A stretch of 64,000 nucleotides of DNA from an uncultured Chthonomonadaceae bacterium. Lineage in GTDB: Bacteria; Armatimonadota; Chthonomonadetes; Chthonomonadales; Chthonomonadaceae. The stretch lies in contig CAWFQB010000007.1 of the NCBI GenBank assembly GCA_963817895.1, positions 1 to 64,000 of the forward strand, read 5' to 3'. The notes below the pieces were generated by a model that was not told where the DNA came from, did no database searches, and was given only the letters and a program-made list of their open reading frames with translations. Positions 59,885 through 64,000 of this stretch are shown here, piece by piece. The translations under genes and the position numbers were made by a program. Within the stretch, counting starts at the first letter, position 1. Each line of letters starts with the position of its first letter.

Positions 59885-60958
59885 ATGGCAGAAGATCAAA
59901 CGACGGGCAAACAGGATGCGGTGAAAGTCGCGCCGAAAGCGGAAGACCACGCGCTCAGTCCCGAAGAAAAAGCCGCGAACCGCCGCAAGTTTTTGGAAGT
60001 CGCGGGCGGATCCGCGCTGCTCGGCGGCTTATACGGCCTGACCTTCTTCAACCACGAGGACACGGCAAAACCCGGTAACATCCGCAAACCCGCCAAAGCC
60101 ACGCCAACCACGCCCGACATCGTAGCCGTCGAAGGCAACCCCGATTCGTATGGCGACATCACGGAACGCGCCATTAACGAACTTGGCGGCATTGAAAAGT
60201 TCGTCAAAAAGGGCGACAAAGTGGTGATTACGCCCAATATGGGCTGGATGCGAACGCCGGAACAGGCTGCCGCCACCCACCCGGACGTATTGCGCCGTCT
60301 GGTGCAGTTGTGTGAGCGGGCGGGCGCGTCGCGCATTACGTGCATTGACTACACGCTCGACGACTGGAAGCTGGCATTTGAAATTTGCGGCGCGAACAAA
60401 GCCGTGCTGGGAACCAAAGCCAAACTGCTGTCGCCCACCGAGCAGACGATGTACAAGCAGGTGGATATTCCGAGCGCCGTGCCGCGCATGACGGCGGAGG
60501 GTCTGGTTTACGATCCCAAGCACCACTTCAACCAGATCGAGCAGCACATCCCGCATGACATCATCGAAGCCGACTGCTTCATCGTGAACCCGGTCGTCAA
60601 AGATCACGAGGCCGCTGTCATCACGATTGCCATGAAGAAACTGATGGGCTGCATCTGGAACCGCAAGGACTATCACCGCTACGGCCTGCACGACTGCATT
60701 GCCGAACTGAACATGTTCATCAAGCCCACGCTGATTGTCACGGACGCCACCCGCGCCCTGCAAACGCGCGGCCCGAAAGGTCCCGGCGAAGTGACCACGC
60801 CGCATAAAGTGGTGGCGGGCATTGATCCCGTTGCGCTGGACAGCTACTGCTGCCAGTTTCTCACGGTTAAAGGCATCACGCCGGATCAGGTGAACCATCT
60901 GATGCTTGCCAACAGTCTCGGACGCGGCCAGATTGATACCAGCCAACTGAACGTATAG
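59885..60958 (+). CDS. DUF362-family protein with Tat-like signal
   Basis: NRRKFLE twin-arginine-like motif; LGGIEKFVKKGDKVVI.PN; A.THP; P.VK.H; MKKLMG; GP.GPG; DPVALD. Confidence 0.88.
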   Translation: MAEDQTTGKQDAVKVAPKAEDHALSPEEKAANRRKFLEVAGGSALLGGLYGLTFFNHEDTAKPGNIRKPAKATPTTPDIVAVEGNPDSYGDITERAINELGGIEKFVKKGDKVVITPNMGWMRTPEQAAATHPDVLRRLVQLCERAGASRITCIDYTLDDWKLAFEICGANKAVLGTKAKLLSPTEQTMYKQVDIPSAVPRMTAEGLVYDPKHHFNQIEQHIPHDIIEADCFIVNPVVKDHEAAVITIAMKKLMGCIWNRKDYHRYGLHDCIAELNMFIKPTLIVTDATRALQTRGPKGPGEVTTPHKVVAGIDPVALDSYCCQFLTVKGITPDQVNHLMLANSLGRGQIDTSQLNV

Positions 60959-61069
60959 GAAATATCTGGCGCAAAGGCGTAATGAACGCTTCCGAGTTTA
61001 TGTTTCTGGACGCGCCCAACTGCCGGGTAGAACTTCGGCGCAGCGTTGTTTGTGAACGCGAGTTTTGTT

Positions 61070-61104
61070 CAACAATATCGTGTCCGTAGGACACGATATT
61101 GTTG
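61070..61104. repeat. Perfect 16-bp-stem hairpin (REP-like)
   Basis: caacaatatcgtgtcc-gta-ggacacgatattgttg, followed by a ggggtttcaaccc motif like that at 40186. Confidence 0.6.
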
Positions 61105-61225
61105 CGCGGGGTTTCAACCCGGCGTACCCTCAGTTACAAATACACCAATAGAGTTCGCGCTTATGAACCCTGTTTAACACGCGCTTTCAACATTGAGGAT
61201 AGGTAAGTACACAGGAGCAGCAATC

Positions 61226-63504
61226 ATGGCGGATATACCGCAGCAAGGATTTGGATTAGGCGGCATCCAGCCGCGCCGCAACAGTGGCGGCGGATGTGGA
61301 AGCGGGTGCGGGTGCGGCAGTGGCGGCGGAGGTTGCGGAAGCAAGAACGCTGACGCCAGCGCAGCCAACGTTGTCCGACTTGGCGACATCGGCGGCGTAA
61401 TACAGAGGAAGGGGAAAAAGGAGAAAGCGACAGAAGATGCTTCTTCCTCAACTCTTAATCCTCAGCTTGCAAACGTCAAACTTGCGGCGGAAACTATCGG
61501 CGCGGGGGAAGTTGGCGCGAGTGGCGGCGGGGCGGCGTATTCGCGGTTTTCCGCCGAGCAGAAGCGCAAAATGCGGGCGGAACCGGGCAACAAGGCCGCG
61601 CATAACATCGTGCGGGTACGACGCGCCACGCAGATTTTTCTGTTCGGGCTGTTCGTCGTGTTCTTCTTCCTGACGACTGCCAACAGCCAGATGATGTGGG
61701 GCATCCCGAAGAACCTGTTCATGACAATGGACTTTCTGAACACGCTCAAGAATGGGATTGCGGCGCATAAATTCGCCGTGTACGCCATTGGGCCGGGGCT
61801 GTTCATTCTGTTCCTGACGCTTTGGGGCGGACGCATCTTTTGCGGCTGGATTTGCCCGCTTGGAACGGCTATTGACATCGGCGACACCCTGCTGTACCGC
61901 AAGGGTAAGCTGTTTTATACCAAAAAGCGCAGCGATACCCGCCGTTACCGCAACTGGAAATACATCTATCTGCTCGTCGGGCTGGGCGCTTTGGTTTTCA
62001 GCGTGGACATTCTCACGTTCGGCGACCCGATTTCGCTGATTACGCGCACGTTCACGTTCTGCTTCTACGCCCCCGTCGCGTATCTGTGGAACGGCATACT
62101 GGGCGTGGTGGCGGCTATTCCCGCCGGGCACAACGCGAACGGCAACCCGCTGCATCTGGACAGCGTGATTTACAACATGGGCGGCGACATGGATCGCTGG
62201 CACATGCAGAGTATGCACTTCTGGAACGGCGTCCCCGTACTCTTGATGTTCATCGGCATCATCGCGCTTTCGGGTTATCAGGAGCGGTTCTGGTGTCGCA
62301 ACCTGTGTCCGTATGGTGGCCTGCTGGCTCTGATTTCCCGCGTCTCGTGGCTGCGGCACTATATCAAAATGGACGGCTGCATCCACTGCAAAAAGTGCGA
62401 AATTCAGTCCCGCATGGGCTGCTACGACAATCTGGACAAGAACGCGAAACAGGAAGCCATGCACAGCATCAGCGAGTGTATTCAGTGCTTCCGGTGCGAA
62501 ACCATTTGCCCGACGGACGTGATTCAGATTCAGGCGAAAGTTCCCGCGAGTATCAAGGAGGCATTGGGAGCGGCGAAGCGTGGAACCGCGCCCCGTCCCG
62601 AACCGCAAACCGAGATAGATTTGGGCAAGCGGCGGGTTGTGGCGGCTGTGGGCGCGGGCATGTTGTGGGGAACCGCGACCAAAGCCAGCGCCAGCGAGTA
62701 TCAGGGCAGTATGCGCCGGTACAACAAGAATCGCCGCGCTATGCGCCCGCCCGGAGCCTTGCTGGAAGACGCGTTCTTGGCGGCCTGTACCCGTTGCGCC
62801 GAGTGTATGAAAGTGTGTCCGACCAACGCCCTTCAACCAGCAACCTTTGAAACCGGCTTGCAGGGATTGTGGACTCCGCTTCTGGTTCCGTCGAGCGGGC
62901 CGTGCGCGGAAAAGTGTACCAGTTGCGGCGACGTATGCCCGACCGGCGCTCTGCGTCCGTTTACGTGGCAGGACAAACGCTACAAGCTGAAAATGGGACT
63001 TGGCGAATGTAGACCGGTCAACGTGCGTGGCGTATAATGGCGGGCGCGACTGTATTGTGTGCGCCGAAGTATGCCCGTATTCCGCTGTGATTTTCAAGGA
63101 CACGTTCGACGACACGCTGCCCAAAGACCCTGACCGTTGCCATTGACCACAAGGACGAAACCGGCAAAGAAACCAACCGGGGCCGCATGAAGCGCGTCCC
63201 GACGGTTGACGAGAAACTGTGTACGGGCTGCGGACTGTGCGAGTACCACTGCCCGGTTCTGCCCGACCACTCCATCGTGGTCTACACGTTCCAGGAAGAC
63301 CGCGCGTACAACGAGCCGAAGGAGCGCCCGCTCGACGGCTTCCTGCGCAGCGGCTGGACGGAGCGCAAAGAATCCGGCAAAGATCAGGAGTACGCGGCAA
63401 CCGTAGAGCAGTTCAACAAAATCACCGGCATGAACAGCGCGCCAAGCCCCGGCACCGGTGGCGGTGGCAGTTCCTACAACCCGAACCCCGCACCGGGTAA
63501 GTAG
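61226..63504 (+). CDS. Membrane polyferredoxin (NapH/MauN-like fused to NapG/MauM-like 4Fe-4S domains); frameshifts near 63000 and 63130
   Basis: GRIFCGWICPLG, RFWCRNLCPYG, CIQCFRCETICP, RPPGA...F...CTRCAECMKVCP, C..C..VCP, CTGCGLCEYHCP. Confidence 0.88.
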
Positions 63505-63527
63505 GTTCGCAGCAACGGGTTTGCAAC

Positions 63528-63568
63528 AGTGGCGCATAGCAATCGTAACGAAGGCTATGCGCCACTTT
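63528..63568 (+). terminator. Intrinsic terminator
   Basis: agtggcgcatagc..gctatgcgccact followed by tt, after the polyferredoxin stop. Confidence 0.55.
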
Positions 63569-63589
63569 GCATTATGAAAAGGAAAAATA

Positions 63590-64000
63590 ATGCCTGATCT
63601 TTTTCCGCCCACTGTAGGCGTATTTACCAGAAATCACAAACTGTACATTGAGGAGGCTGTAGCCAAGAAGGATATTGTCCTCCGTTCCAACAAGCGCTGG
63701 ACCAGCGTAGAAGAACACCTACAGAAAGGTGAAATCTGCATTGTCTACCTTGCCGTTGTTGATGATGGGCCAATAGTACAGTACAAAGCCTGCTTGGAAG
63801 AAGTTCTACTTAATCCAATACGCGGTCAGCGGGCTACGGACGACCTACTTAAATTAACTCATTCGGGAATTGACGAAGACGTACTGTTAAAAATGGACGG
63901 AAAGCCCGTTCTGACACTTTATCGTCTGACAGACTGTGAGAAAATCACACCGTTTCCCATGACGGAGTTAATCAAAATCAAGGGCGGCGAGCCTATCAGC
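63590..64000 (+). CDS. Hypothetical protein, 3'-truncated by the window edge
   Basis: AAGGA RBS; ATG 63590; 137 open codons to the window end (MPDLFPPTVGVFTRNHKLYIEE...); AT-richer than neighbouring genes. Confidence 0.55.
   Translation, partial: MPDLFPPTVGVFTRNHKLYIEEAVAKKDIVLRSNKRWTSVEEHLQKGEICIVYLAVVDDGPIVQYKACLEEVLLNPIRGQRATDDLLKLTHSGIDEDVLLKMDGKPVLTLYRLTDCEKITPFPMTELIKIKGGEPIS

Noticed and set aside
1..64000. rRNA, tRNA or prophage structural genes
   Set aside because: No cloverleaf, rRNA-like conserved segment or capsid/terminase/integrase motif was recognised by eye; a tRNAscan/Infernal run would be needed to exclude small RNAs.

Overview
GC-rich bacterial chromosomal window. By inference it is probably Armatimonadota/Chthonomonadales-like, given the PEP-CTERM protein, the prepilin/DUF1559 protein inside a sugar locus and the LLRA-tail HEAT-like protein. 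Core genes are secA, ppc and pgl. There are two carbohydrate regions: GH38-like/LacI/lipoprotein/prepilin/beta-helix/TIM-barrel isomerase/PhyH/GH36/SIS at 18-33 kb, and GH31/GH42 at 45-50 kb. The GH38-like gene is split by an IS1-family element with an 8-bp TSD, and that element carries a nested IS5-family element. The best candidate for an uncharacterised system is at 35.1-42.9 kb: an STM4015-STM4011-type operon (LRR protein, ATP-grasp, sulfatase-fold hydrolase, two radical SAM enzymes) with a deleted DarG-like macrodomain gene inserted, converging on a small His-motif protein and an LRR-DUF6745 pair. The window is also scattered with short-period (7/8/9-nt) tandem repeats arranged as inverted arms, some inside coding sequences (ppc, the HemN-like radical SAM gene), plus MITE/REP-like hairpins and a degenerate duplicate of the secA 3' end. 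Frameshifts cluster at 36-40, 46-47, 53-54 and 63 kb and may be sequencing-consensus indels rather than real pseudogenes. No rRNA, tRNA or CRISPR array was seen. All family names come from motif recognition by eye, not from database searches.
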